Source of the DNA: a bacterium UBP13_UBA5359
Lineage (GTDB): Bacteria > UBP13 > UBA5359
NCBI GenBank assembly: GCA_002410925.1
Contig: DHPR01000015.1
Span: 1 to 64,000 of the forward strand
Reading direction: 5' to 3'
Length of the DNA stretch: 64,000 bases
Position numbers and translations under genes: made by a program. The notes under the pieces were generated by a model. That model saw only the letters and a list, made by a program, of their open reading frames with translations. It searched no databases and had not been told where the DNA came from. Every line of letters starts with the position of its first letter. Position 1 is the stretch's first letter. Shown here piece after piece: positions 47,099-56,623 of the stretch.

Positions 47099-48287
47099 AA
47101 AGATAACGGAACTGGAATCCAGATACGTGATGCAGACGTATGGTCGCCTGCCGGTAGTCTTTGTTTCCGGCAAGGGTAGTTACCTTACCGATGTCGACGG
47201 CAAGCGATACCTCGATTTTGTCAGCGGCATAGCGGTTAATGCTCTGGGTCATTGCCATCCGGCTATTACAGCGGCTATTGCTGACCAGGCGAGCAGGCTG
47301 GTACATACTTCCAACATTTATTTTACCGAACCGCAGGTGCTGGTAGCAGAGAAACTGGTGCAGATGTCCGGCCTGGACAGAGTTTTTTTCTGCAATAGCG
47401 GAGCTGAGGCAAATGAGGCAGCTATTAAATTGGCTCGTAAAAGAGCTGCTGCCGTTTTAGGAGAAGAGCGTTATGAAATAATAACTGCTTACAAGTCTTT
47501 TCACGGCAGGACAATGGCTACGCTGACCGCTACCGGACAGAGCAAATATCAGGCCGGTTTTCAACCGCTTCTGAAGGGGTTCCGTTATGCCGTTTTCAAT
47601 GACCTGCCCTCCTTTATCTCGCAGGCCGGCGATAAAACATGTGCCATAATGCTGGAACCGGTGCAGGGCGAAGGGGGTGTCCATCCCGCTGATATCGAGT
47701 TTTTGCAGGGGTTACGCCGTTTTTGTGATGATAATAACCTGCTCCTGATCTTTGATGAGGTTCAGAGTGGATTGGGAAGAACCGGTCATAATTTTGCCTG
47801 GGAGCATTATGATGTCAAGCCGGACATCATGACCCTGGCCAAGGCTCTTGGCGGCGGCTTGCCTATTGGTGCTATGCTGGCTGAGGAAGAGGTTGCCGGG
47901 GTATTTGCACCCGGCGACCACGCCAGTACTTTTGGCGGCAATCCGGTGGCCTGCGCAGCAGCTTTTGCCTTCTTGCGCGTGCTGGAGGAAGAGGCTATAC
48001 TCAGTAATGTATGCAAAATGAGCGCTTATATGCAAGACGGGTTGCTGGGATTGAGCCAGACCCTGCCCGATCATGTGGATAGCTTCCGCGGTTTGGGGCT
48101 GATGCTGGCACTGGAGCTAAAATTGCCATCCGCCAGGGCTGTTGTGGCCGAATGCCTGAAGATGGGATTGCTGCTCAATAGCGTAAGCGATACTACTATA
48201 CGGTTTCTGCCGCCGCTCAATGTATCGGCGACAGAGATAAATGAAGCACTGGATATCCTGAAGGTTGCACTTCAGGGACATGATTGA
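47088..48287 (+). CDS. argD: Acetylornithine aminotransferase
   Basis: YLDFVSGIAVNALGH, NSGAEANE, FHGRT, EPVQGEGG, FDEVQSG.GRTG, AKALGGG, STFGGNP. Start set to TTG 47088. Confidence 0.96.
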   Translation: MQGKKITELESRYVMQTYGRLPVVFVSGKGSYLTDVDGKRYLDFVSGIAVNALGHCHPAITAAIADQASRLVHTSNIYFTEPQVLVAEKLVQMSGLDRVFFCNSGAEANEAAIKLARKRAAAVLGEERYEIITAYKSFHGRTMATLTATGQSKYQAGFQPLLKGFRYAVFNDLPSFISQAGDKTCAIMLEPVQGEGGVHPADIEFLQGLRRFCDDNNLLLIFDEVQSGLGRTGHNFAWEHYDVKPDIMTLAKALGGGLPIGAMLAEEEVAGVFAPGDHASTFGGNPVACAAAFAFLRVLEEEAILSNVCKMSAYMQDGLLGLSQTLPDHVDSFRGLGLMLALELKLPSARAVVAECLKMGLLLNSVSDTTIRFLPPLNVSATEINEALDILKVALQGHD

Positions 48288-48355
48288 GAGGTAAAGGGTG
48301 AATGCCGGAATGCGGTGTGAATTCCATATTCCGTATTAAAAATGAGGGGGAAAGC

Positions 48356-49282
48356 ATGGGGTTGCAGAGAAGAGATCTGATATCGGGATATGATCTTGAT
48401 CGTAAGGAAGTTGAGGCCGTCTTTGCAATGGCCGATGAGCTGCGCAGTGAATCGCGCAAAGATAGTCTGAATCGCTTGCCGGGGTGTTCGCTGGCTATGA
48501 TTTTTCAGAAGCCATCAACCAGAACGCGGGTTTCCTTTGAGGCCGGCATCAGTCAGCTTGGAGGGCATGGACTCTTTCTTAGTGCTGACGACATGCAGCT
48601 CAAACGCGGCGAAACCATTGCCGATACGGCCAGAACACTCTCTCGTTATGTTGATGCCATAATGATCAGGACATATGATCATCAGGATGTAATAGATCTG
48701 GCGCAGTATGCCGATGTACCTGTTATTAACGGCCTTACGGATCTGCTGCATCCCTGCCAGTCCCTGGCGGATTTCTATACCATACGACAGAAACTGGATG
48801 GGTTGCAAGGGCTCAAGCTTGCTTATGTAGGCGATGGTAATAACGTTGCTCATTCACTAATGATAACAGCTGCTATTGTGGGTACCGATATAGCGGTGGC
48901 TACTCCCAAGGGCTTTGAGCCTGATAAGAAAATAGTGAATATTACCCGTGAACTTGCAGCGGCTTCCGGTTCCAAAGTTGAATTAATGAATGATCCTATG
49001 GCTGCCGTGGAAGCGGCTAACGTTATCTACACCGATGTCTGGGCCAGCATGGGCCAGGAGGAAGAGGCTCTGCTCAGAAGAGCCATCTTCAAAGGTTATC
49101 AGATAAACGATGAGAAATTGAAGATAGCCGACCCCAATGCCATAGTTCTGCACTGCCTGCCGGCGCACAGAGGAGAGGAGATCACGGATTCCGTTATCGA
49201 TGGAGCCCATTCTGTGGTATTTGATCAGGCTGAAAACCGCCTTCATATCCAGAAAGCAATCATGTATCTGGTGATGTCCTAA
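48356..49282 (+). CDS. argF: Ornithine carbamoyltransferase
   Basis: STRTRVSF, HPCQ, GDGNNV, DVWASMG, HCLP, QAENRLH. Start set to ATG 48356. Confidence 0.97.
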   Translation: MGLQRRDLISGYDLDRKEVEAVFAMADELRSESRKDSLNRLPGCSLAMIFQKPSTRTRVSFEAGISQLGGHGLFLSADDMQLKRGETIADTARTLSRYVDAIMIRTYDHQDVIDLAQYADVPVINGLTDLLHPCQSLADFYTIRQKLDGLQGLKLAYVGDGNNVAHSLMITAAIVGTDIAVATPKGFEPDKKIVNITRELAAASGSKVELMNDPMAAVEAANVIYTDVWASMGQEEEALLRRAIFKGYQINDEKLKIADPNAIVLHCLPAHRGEEITDSVIDGAHSVVFDQAENRLHIQKAIMYLVMS

Positions 49283-49731
49283 TGATTAAAGATCGTCGCA
49301 GAGCCATCGCTGATATTTTGCGACAGTATCGGATATGCACTCAGGAGGATCTGGTGACTCTTTTATCCGAGCGCGGCTATAGCGTAACACAGGCTACCAT
49401 CTCCAGAGATATGCGGGAGATGGGGTTGGTAAAGATCCCTGATGATGAGGATGGGTATCGTTATGTTCTGCCTGATGACGGGCGCAGTCTAAGCAAGGAA
49501 GAGCATATAATCAGAGAGTTCGTTGTCGGCGCTGAAGGAAGCGGTAATCTTATTGTGATCAAGACTATGCCCGGTGCCGCTCAGGGAGTGGGAGCGGCCT
49601 TCGATATGCTGTGCTGGTCTGAGGTTATGGGAACGATTGCCGGCGACGACACCATATTTATTGCTTTACGCACGCTCGAAGATCTGCGGGCGCTGCTGGA
49701 TAGAATAAAGGATTTACTGGAGGAGTATTGA
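49282..49731 (+). CDS. argR: Arginine repressor
   Basis: TQEDL, VTQATISRD, KT.PG.A, GTIAGDDT. Confidence 0.96.
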   Translation: MIKDRRRAIADILRQYRICTQEDLVTLLSERGYSVTQATISRDMREMGLVKIPDDEDGYRYVLPDDGRSLSKEEHIIREFVVGAEGSGNLIVIKTMPGAAQGVGAAFDMLCWSEVMGTIAGDDTIFIALRTLEDLRALLDRIKDLLEEY

Positions 49732-49732
49732 A

Positions 49733-50926
49733 ATGAAACGAAAGATCGTGCTTGCCTATTCCGGCGGATTGGATACCTCAGTAGCCATAAAATGGCTGCA
49801 GGATCGCTATAACGCCGATGTCGTCTGTGTCGCCGGAGATGTGGGAGAATCCAGAGATTATGAAATGATACGGCAGAAGGCGTTGAAGTTAGGAGCTCTT
49901 TCCGCATATACCATCGATGGCAAAGAGGAGTTTATCAGGGATTATGCTTTTCAGGCGCTTAAGGCCAATGCCCTTTATGAGAATACATATCCCCTGGCTA
50001 CCGCACTGGCCAGGCCCCTTATAGCTGCCAAGCTGGTGGATATTGCCGCCAAGGAAGGGGCTGATGCAGTGGCGCACGGTTGCACAGCCAAGGGTAACGA
50101 TCAGGTGCGCTTTGATGTTTCCATTCGTGCCTTGAACCCTTCATTGGAGATAATCGCTCCCATGCGTGACTGGCCTATGTCTCGCGAAGAGGAGATAGAA
50201 TATGCCCGCCAGCATGACATCCCGGTACCGGTGAATATTGATAAACCCTACAGTACGGATATAAACTTGTGGGGAAGGAGTATCGAATGCGGTGTCCTGG
50301 AGGATCCCTGGAACGAGCCGCCGGCAGATATATATGAATTAACCGTTTCTCCGCAGGATGCGCCCGATAAGCCTGCTTATGCGGAAGTGGAATTCGAGCG
50401 AGGCGTGCCTGTCAGGTTGAATGGCGAAGCTCTTGCACCGGTAGCGCTGGTGGAGAAGCTCAATAGCCTGGCCGGTGCCAATGGCGTGGGTCGTATAGAT
50501 ATGGTAGAGAACCGCCTGGTAGGTATTAAATCACGTGAGATATATGAGTGCCCGGCAGCCACCGTTCTGCTCAAAGCTCATGCTGATTTGGAGAGCCTTG
50601 TTCTGCCACGGGAGACGGCGCATTTCAAGAAGATGATAGAGCAGAAATTCTCCGAGCTGGTATATTTCGGACTATGGTTTTCGCAGTTGCGGGAAGCGCT
50701 TTCCGCTTTTATCGATAAAACGCAGGAAGTGGTTAGCGGCACAGTTCGTATCAAATTCTTTAAAGGAACCTGCACTGTAGCGGGCCGTAAATCACCGCAC
50801 TCGCTCTATCAGCATGATCTGGCTACCTATGAGAAGGGCGACAGGTTCTCTCATAATGCAGCAGCCGGTTTTATAGAGCTGTGGGGCTTGCAATCGCAGA
50901 TCTTTGCCGAGATTAACCGTAAATAA
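49733..50926 (+). CDS. argG: Argininosuccinate synthase
   Basis: LAYSGGLDTS, HGCTAKGNDQVRF, YSTD.NLWGRSIE, ENRLVGIKSREIYE. Confidence 0.98.
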   Translation: MKRKIVLAYSGGLDTSVAIKWLQDRYNADVVCVAGDVGESRDYEMIRQKALKLGALSAYTIDGKEEFIRDYAFQALKANALYENTYPLATALARPLIAAKLVDIAAKEGADAVAHGCTAKGNDQVRFDVSIRALNPSLEIIAPMRDWPMSREEEIEYARQHDIPVPVNIDKPYSTDINLWGRSIECGVLEDPWNEPPADIYELTVSPQDAPDKPAYAEVEFERGVPVRLNGEALAPVALVEKLNSLAGANGVGRIDMVENRLVGIKSREIYECPAATVLLKAHADLESLVLPRETAHFKKMIEQKFSELVYFGLWFSQLREALSAFIDKTQEVVSGTVRIKFFKGTCTVAGRKSPHSLYQHDLATYEKGDRFSHNAAAGFIELWGLQSQIFAEINRK

Positions 50927-50943
50927 GAGCAGGAGTAAGAGAG

Positions 50944-52317
50944 ATGAAATTATGGGGTGGCCGCTTCAGAGAAGAGATGTCCGAAGAGGTTGAGGAGTTT
51001 ACCTCCTCTCTGGCTTATGATGCTCGTCTTTACAAACAGGATATTGCAGGCAGCATCGCACATGCCCGTATGCTGGGACATACGGGGATAATCGGCGACA
51101 GTGAGGCTGAGCTTTTGGTGGCCGGTTTGCAGCAAGTGCTGGCAGAGATAGCCACCGAAGGCATACGTCCCGGCACCGGGGCCGAGGACATTCACATGTA
51201 TGTGGAAGCGCGTCTGACCGAGCTGATCGGACCCGTGGGCAAGAAGCTGCATACCGGTCGCAGCCGCAATGATCAGGTGGCGCTTGACGAGCGGCTTTAT
51301 CTTAAGGAAGTCATTCCACAGCTGGTAAACGATCTGGAAAAATTGCAACTAGCATTACTGGAGCAGGCGGAGCGGCACCGGGAAACGCCGCTCCCCGGCT
51401 ACACCCATATGCAGCATGCCCAGCCGGTGCTGCTGGCCCATCATCTTCTGGCCTATATCGAGATGTTCAAACGCGATGCGGAACGTCTCTGCGATTCTCT
51501 AAAACGAGTGGATGTCATGCCGCTGGGGTCGGGCGCCCTGGCCGGTACCACCTTTCCCATTGACAGAGAGTTTGTAGCTCATGAACTGGAGTTTGCGGCT
51601 ATATCCGCCAACAGCATGGACAGCGTCAGCGATAGGGATTACCTGGTGGAGCTTCTCTCCGGCCTGTCGTTGATCATGGTGCATCTCAGCCGGCTTTCCG
51701 AAGAGATGGTTCTCTGGTCTTCACCCGAATTCGGTTTTGCGGAGATAGGCGACGCCTTTGCTACCGGCAGCAGCATCATGCCGCAAAAGAAGAACCCCGA
51801 TGTCGCCGAGCTGGTGCGCGGCCGTAGCGGCCGTGTCTTCGGTCACCTGATGAGTATATTGACCGTGCTCAAGGGACTGCCCATGACTTATAACCGCGAT
51901 TTGCAGGAGGACAAGGAAGGGCTTTTCGATGCCCTGGATACGGTCAGCGCTTCGCTGAAGATATATGCCTCTATGATTCGGGCTACCGAGTTCAAACCCG
52001 ATAAGATGTCCGATGCTCTGAAGATTGATTTCTCCGATGCCACCGATGTGGCCGATTACCTGGTGCGGCGCGGCATGTCCTTCCGCGAAGCGCACGAGGC
52101 GGTGGGCAACATGGTGCGCTATTGCCTGGACGAGCACAAAGTGCTCTCATCCCTGCGTTTGGAGGAGCTGCAGCGCTTTTCCGATCTCTTTGACGATACC
52201 ATATATGACGCTCTGGGCATCATGAACATCATCGACGCCCGCAGGCATCCCGGCGGTACCGCCAGAGATTCTGTTACCAAGGCTCTGAAGCAGGCCAGCG
52301 AGCGGCTGCGACAGTAA
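50944..52317 (+). CDS. argH: Argininosuccinate lyase
   Basis: LWGGRF, HTGRSRNDQ, PGYTHMQHAQP, TGSSIMPQKKNPD, YNRDLQEDK. Confidence 0.98.
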   Translation: MKLWGGRFREEMSEEVEEFTSSLAYDARLYKQDIAGSIAHARMLGHTGIIGDSEAELLVAGLQQVLAEIATEGIRPGTGAEDIHMYVEARLTELIGPVGKKLHTGRSRNDQVALDERLYLKEVIPQLVNDLEKLQLALLEQAERHRETPLPGYTHMQHAQPVLLAHHLLAYIEMFKRDAERLCDSLKRVDVMPLGSGALAGTTFPIDREFVAHELEFAAISANSMDSVSDRDYLVELLSGLSLIMVHLSRLSEEMVLWSSPEFGFAEIGDAFATGSSIMPQKKNPDVAELVRGRSGRVFGHLMSILTVLKGLPMTYNRDLQEDKEGLFDALDTVSASLKIYASMIRATEFKPDKMSDALKIDFSDATDVADYLVRRGMSFREAHEAVGNMVRYCLDEHKVLSSLRLEELQRFSDLFDDTIYDALGIMNIIDARRHPGGTARDSVTKALKQASERLRQ

Positions 52318-52470
52318 CATAGCTTTGCGAGCGGCCGAGGTATCCAAGGCTGAGAAGCAATTCTACTATATCAGGATGAATATCCCGGTCAATAATGCTG
52401 TGCCTATCAGCAGGCGTTATCTGAAAGGGGCCGGAGGCATAAAGAAGCTCTGGGAAATGTTTTATAGCAA

Positions 52471-52500
52471 TTGACAAAATCGCTCTCTCCGTGCTACCTT
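52471..52500 (+). promoter_or_regulatory. Putative sigma-A promoter of the MFS gene
   Basis: TTGACA (52471-76), 18 bp, TG-n-TACCTT extended -10. Confidence 0.45.
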
Positions 52501-52543
52501 CGAATAACCGGTCAAATTTGCAGACGGAAGAGCGTTTTTACTT

Positions 52544-53770
52544 ATGAATAAAAACTGGAAGAAAAAGGTTTTTCTCTTTCTGCTCAGCCAGACGATATCG
52601 CTCTTCGGCTCGACTCTGGTGCAGTATGCCATTACCTGGTATATCACGCTCAGGACGCAATCCGGCGCCATGATGACCATATCTATTATTTGCGGTTTTT
52701 TGCCTACCTTTTTCCTCTCTCCCTTTGCGGGTGTGTGGGCTGACCGCTATAATAGAAAAACGCTTATTATTCTGTCGGATTCCATGATTGCAATAGCAAC
52801 TCTTCTTTTAGCCGTACTCTTTTTTATTGGTTATGATGCAATATGGTTGCTCTTTGCGATATCCGTCGTACGTGCCCTGGGGGCAGGAATTCAATTGCCG
52901 GCGGTGGGGGCCTTTTTGCCGCAATTTGTGCCGGAGGAGAGGCTCGTCAGGGTAAATGCGATAAACGGGAGCATGCAATCAATGGTTACATTGCTATCCC
53001 CGCTGCTTAGCGGTGCTCTTCTGGCTATGGCCACCATTGAAGCCATATTCCTTATCGATGTTATTACGGCAGCCATAGCGGTTTTGATAATGCTTTTATT
53101 TTTGCGTGTGCCCATTCATGCAAAGGCTGCCTGCAAGCAATCGATCAGCTATTTTGGCGATATGCGAGAGGGCTTTGCTTATATTAAAGATCATGACTTC
53201 GTTAGAATATTCTGTTTTTTTAACATAATCTTCTGTGTGTTAATTGCGCCGGCTGCTTTTTTAACGCCGCTGCAGGTCACCCGCAGTTTCGGCAGCGATG
53301 TCTGGCGCCTGACGGCCGTAGAGGTTATCTTTTCCATCGGCATGGTCATCGGCGGCATCATAATGGCCTCCTGGGGCGGCTTTAAAAACAGGGTTTGTAC
53401 TATGGCGCTGGCAAATCTTATTATCGGAGCCTCTACTTTGGCGCTTGGAATCGTTTCTGCTTTTGGAATTTACCTGATTTTCATGGGATTGATTGGATTG
53501 GCTATGCCGATGTTCAATACACCCTTTATGGTTTTATTGCAACAGAAGGTAGCGGAGGATTTTTTAGGCAGAGTCTTTGGTGTTTTCGGGATGATTTCAA
53601 GCGTTATGCTGCCGTTGGGCATGCTGATCTTCGGGCCTGTAGCTGATTTTGTTAAAATAGAATGGTTGCTTGTGGCGACCGGTTTATTACTGCTTATACA
53701 TGGCCTTTTTATCTTGGGCAATAAAGTGCTGATTAAGGAAGGAAAGCCGCTTTCGAAAGCTGTGACATGA
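52544..53770 (+). CDS. MFS efflux transporter (DHA3 / Mef-like)
   Basis: SQTISLFGS.LVQYAI.W, PFAGVWADRYNRK, FLGRVFG; about 12 TM segments. Confidence 0.88.
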   Translation: MNKNWKKKVFLFLLSQTISLFGSTLVQYAITWYITLRTQSGAMMTISIICGFLPTFFLSPFAGVWADRYNRKTLIILSDSMIAIATLLLAVLFFIGYDAIWLLFAISVVRALGAGIQLPAVGAFLPQFVPEERLVRVNAINGSMQSMVTLLSPLLSGALLAMATIEAIFLIDVITAAIAVLIMLLFLRVPIHAKAACKQSISYFGDMREGFAYIKDHDFVRIFCFFNIIFCVLIAPAAFLTPLQVTRSFGSDVWRLTAVEVIFSIGMVIGGIIMASWGGFKNRVCTMALANLIIGASTLALGIVSAFGIYLIFMGLIGLAMPMFNTPFMVLLQQKVAEDFLGRVFGVFGMISSVMLPLGMLIFGPVADFVKIEWLLVATGLLLLIHGLFILGNKVLIKEGKPLSKAVT

Positions 53771-53824
53771 TTCTTAGGCCATTATAACGGAGAATAATAA
53801 ATGAAAAATCGACTCAAAATGAAA

Positions 53825-53854
53825 TTGACCCCTCTTTCCGGAACATGTTAAAAT
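53825..53854 (+). promoter_or_regulatory. Putative sigma-A promoter of cdaA-glmM
   Basis: TTGACC, 18 bp, TG-n-TAAAAT. Confidence 0.55.
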
Positions 53855-53895
53855 AAAGTATTACCGTTCCTCGAAAGGATTGTGAAAAGCGGCCG

Positions 53896-54732
53896 ATGCA
53901 TTTGCCCGTGATAGTTTCTAGGATTCTCGATGCATTGATTATTGTATGGGCATTTATTATGCTCCTGCGGCTTATACGCGGTACCAGAGCAGTTCAACTG
54001 CTGAAGGGGCTGGCGGTAATCCTGGTCGTTTTTTATCTTACGCGTCTTCTTGATCTGGTAGCTACCAATTGGCTTTTACAAAAGCTTTCTTATATGCTGA
54101 TGGTAGCCGTGCCCATAGTTTTTTATCCGGAATTGCGGCGGGCATTGGAGCAGCTTGGACGCGGTTGGTCGTTAAGCGGCAATACTTCATTGATTTCCGA
54201 TGAAGCGGTCAAGAATGTAATAGGAGCGATTGTTGAGGCGGCCGGCTACCTGTCATCACGTCGGCAGGGCGCTATTATTGTAATAGAGCGGGACAGCGGG
54301 CTGGGTGAGTATGTGGAAACTGGAACCTTGCTAATGTGCACTGTTTCATCTGAGATTATCGAAACCATCTTTCAACCGCAAACACCGCTGCATGACGGAG
54401 CGCTCATACTGCGTGGCGAGACACTGCTGGCGGCCGGTTGTTTTCTGCCTCTATCGGATAGGAACGATCTGCCTCAGTATATGGGGACCAGGCATCGCGC
54501 TGCTGTTGGCATAGCTGAAGAGACAGATGCGCTGGCTATGGTCATCTCTGAAGAGACAGGTCGCATATCGATGGCTGCCGACGGTAAAATCTTCACCGGA
54601 TTAACTCTGGAGAACCTGGAAACCGTGTTGGGAGATTTTTACAGGAATTATCGCAGAAGCTTTCAGCTTCTGTCGGCAGATGATATCAGTTTGAAATTCA
54701 GAGAGCGGAAAGAACAAAGAGCAAATCGATAG
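53896..54732 (+). CDS. cdaA: Diadenylate cyclase CdaA/DacA
   Basis: 3 N-terminal TM, GTRAVQLLKG, F.PELRRALEQLGR, PLHDGA, GTRHRAA, SEETG.IS. Confidence 0.95.
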   Translation: MHLPVIVSRILDALIIVWAFIMLLRLIRGTRAVQLLKGLAVILVVFYLTRLLDLVATNWLLQKLSYMLMVAVPIVFYPELRRALEQLGRGWSLSGNTSLISDEAVKNVIGAIVEAAGYLSSRRQGAIIVIERDSGLGEYVETGTLLMCTVSSEIIETIFQPQTPLHDGALILRGETLLAAGCFLPLSDRNDLPQYMGTRHRAAVGIAEETDALAMVISEETGRISMAADGKIFTGLTLENLETVLGDFYRNYRRSFQLLSADDISLKFRERKEQRANR

Positions 54733-54770
54733 ATAGCTATGCCTCGCAAAACATTGCAAGGAGGATCGGC

Positions 54771-56153
54771 ATGGGGAACTCAAACCCGGCAACCTGCAAC
54801 CGACAATCGGCAGCTATGCCTGTAAAGCGTATCTTTGGAACAGATGGCGTCAGGGGTGAAGCCAACGTTCATCTGACACCGGAACTGGCCTTCAAACTGG
54901 GGCGTTACGGAGCTTATCATCTGACGGTCGGCGGTTATCCCGCCATTATGATCGGCAAGGATACCCGTCTTTCCGGCGATATGCTGGAAGCGGCGGTAGC
55001 GGCAGGAGTTGCTTCAGTCGGCGTCGACGTCCATCTGCTGGGCGTGCTGCCTACGCCGGCGGTGGCCTGGCTTGTCAGCCGGGCCGATATGGCGGGTGGC
55101 ATAGTCATTTCCGCCTCTCATAATCCTTTTGAGGACAACGGCATTAAGTTCTTCTCCGATCAGGGGCTTAAGTTGCCTGTAGAGCAAGAGGAGCGAATAG
55201 AGGCCGGCATACTGAGCGATGTGGATAGCCTGCCCCGACCGCAGGGCCGGGATGTGGGCAAGATATGGCAGGCAACGGACGGTATAAGGGATTATACCGA
55301 ATACCTCAAAACCATTCCCGGCGGAGATTTACATGGGCTGAAAATTGTCGTCGACTGTGCCAACGGCGCCGCTAGCGGTATAGTGCCCGGTCTGCTTGCG
55401 GATTTGGGTGCGGAGGTCATAGCGCTGCATTGCGAGCCGGACGGGCTGAATATCAACGATGGTTGCGGATCATTGCATCCTCAGGTGGTACGACAGATGC
55501 TGCTGGAAAACAGAGCCGATTTGGGCTTAGCTTTTGATGGTGATGCGGATAGGCTGATAGCTATCGACGACAAGGGAGATCTTCTGGATGGTGACGATCT
55601 TGTCGGTTTGCTGGCACTGCAGCTTAAAGCTGAAGGCAAGCTTTGCGGCAATGCGGTAACGGTTACGGTCATGTCTAATCTCGGCCTGGAAAGAGCTCTG
55701 GAGAAATATGGCATATCTGTCGTTAGGACGGATGTGGGCGATCGCAATGTTCTGGAAGAGATGCTGCGACGCGATATAGTTCTGGGTGGGGAGCAATCGG
55801 GGCATATAATTATCAATTGCTATAATACTACGGGAGATGGTGCGGCAGCAGCTCTGGCGCTGTTGAGAAGCTTGCGTCGGCATGGCAAGCCGTTATCCTC
55901 TTTGAAATTCGGTTTCGAACGTTATCCTCAGGTTCTTCTATCTGTACCCGTTTCTGACAAAGAAGCCTGGCGGAAGGATAATGAGCTTCAAACGGCCATT
56001 CAACGCATGCAGGATGAGTTGGGACGCGACGGGCGTCTGTATATCAGACCTTCGGGCACTGAAAATATGATCAGGATAATGGTGGAAGGCCCGGATAGAG
56101 ATCGTGCCGAATCTATGGTCGGTGAATTGAAGAACCTCATAATAGCTCTTTAA
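54771..56153 (+). CDS. glmM: Phosphoglucosamine mutase
   Basis: FGTDGVRG, GKDTRLSG, ISASHNP..DNGIKFF, DGDADR, TVMSNLG, GGEQSGH, RPSGTE. Alternative start ATG 54816. Confidence 0.96.
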   Translation: MGNSNPATCNRQSAAMPVKRIFGTDGVRGEANVHLTPELAFKLGRYGAYHLTVGGYPAIMIGKDTRLSGDMLEAAVAAGVASVGVDVHLLGVLPTPAVAWLVSRADMAGGIVISASHNPFEDNGIKFFSDQGLKLPVEQEERIEAGILSDVDSLPRPQGRDVGKIWQATDGIRDYTEYLKTIPGGDLHGLKIVVDCANGAASGIVPGLLADLGAEVIALHCEPDGLNINDGCGSLHPQVVRQMLLENRADLGLAFDGDADRLIAIDDKGDLLDGDDLVGLLALQLKAEGKLCGNAVTVTVMSNLGLERALEKYGISVVRTDVGDRNVLEEMLRRDIVLGGEQSGHIIINCYNTTGDGAAAALALLRSLRRHGKPLSSLKFGFERYPQVLLSVPVSDKEAWRKDNELQTAIQRMQDELGRDGRLYIRPSGTENMIRIMVEGPDRDRAESMVGELKNLIIAL

Positions 56154-56209
56154 GTAAGCAAAGATGTTAAGGATACGTAAGGCTAAAAAATATAACGGGG
56201 AGCTTAAGT

Positions 56210-56623
56210 TTGTATATCATTGGTATTGGGGTAGATATAATAGAGATAGGGCGCATCAGGGCTGCATGCTTGAATAGGTCGTCATTCGTAACACGGATCT
56301 TTACAGCGGCAGAGAGAGAGTATGCCTTTGAAAAAAGTTCGCCCTGGCAGCATCTGGCAGCCAGATTTGCCGCCAAGGAGGCCGTAACCAAATCTCTTGG
56401 ACGCAGCTTCTCCTGGCAGGAGGTGGAGATCATCGGCAGGGCGGGAGCTGTGCCGATAGTCCGGCTGCACGGCAGGGCTAAGGAGATTGCCGCCGGGTTG
56501 AAGGTTTCTGAAATCAAATTGTCGCTTTCTCATTCCAGGCAGTATGCAGTTGCTCAGGCTCTCTCTCTTGGAGGTGTCGGTATTGAAAGTAGCTTTGGCA
56601 GCGGAAATGCGCGGCATCGATAA
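56210..56623 (+). CDS. acpS: Holo-[acyl-carrier-protein] synthase
   Basis: GIGVDIIEI.RI, LAARFAAKEA..KSLG, LSLSH...YAVA. Confidence 0.95.
   Translation: MYIIGIGVDIIEIGRIRAACLNRSSFVTRIFTAAEREYAFEKSSPWQHLAARFAAKEAVTKSLGRSFSWQEVEIIGRAGAVPIVRLHGRAKEIAAGLKVSEIKLSLSHSRQYAVAQALSLGGVGIESSFGSGNARHR

Noticed and set aside
52274-52477. 67-aa minus-strand ORF containing ankyrin-like HPDIVELLLSLG
   Set aside because: A single short match with wrong spacing to the TP motif; the ORF overlaps the argH end and the MFS promoter.
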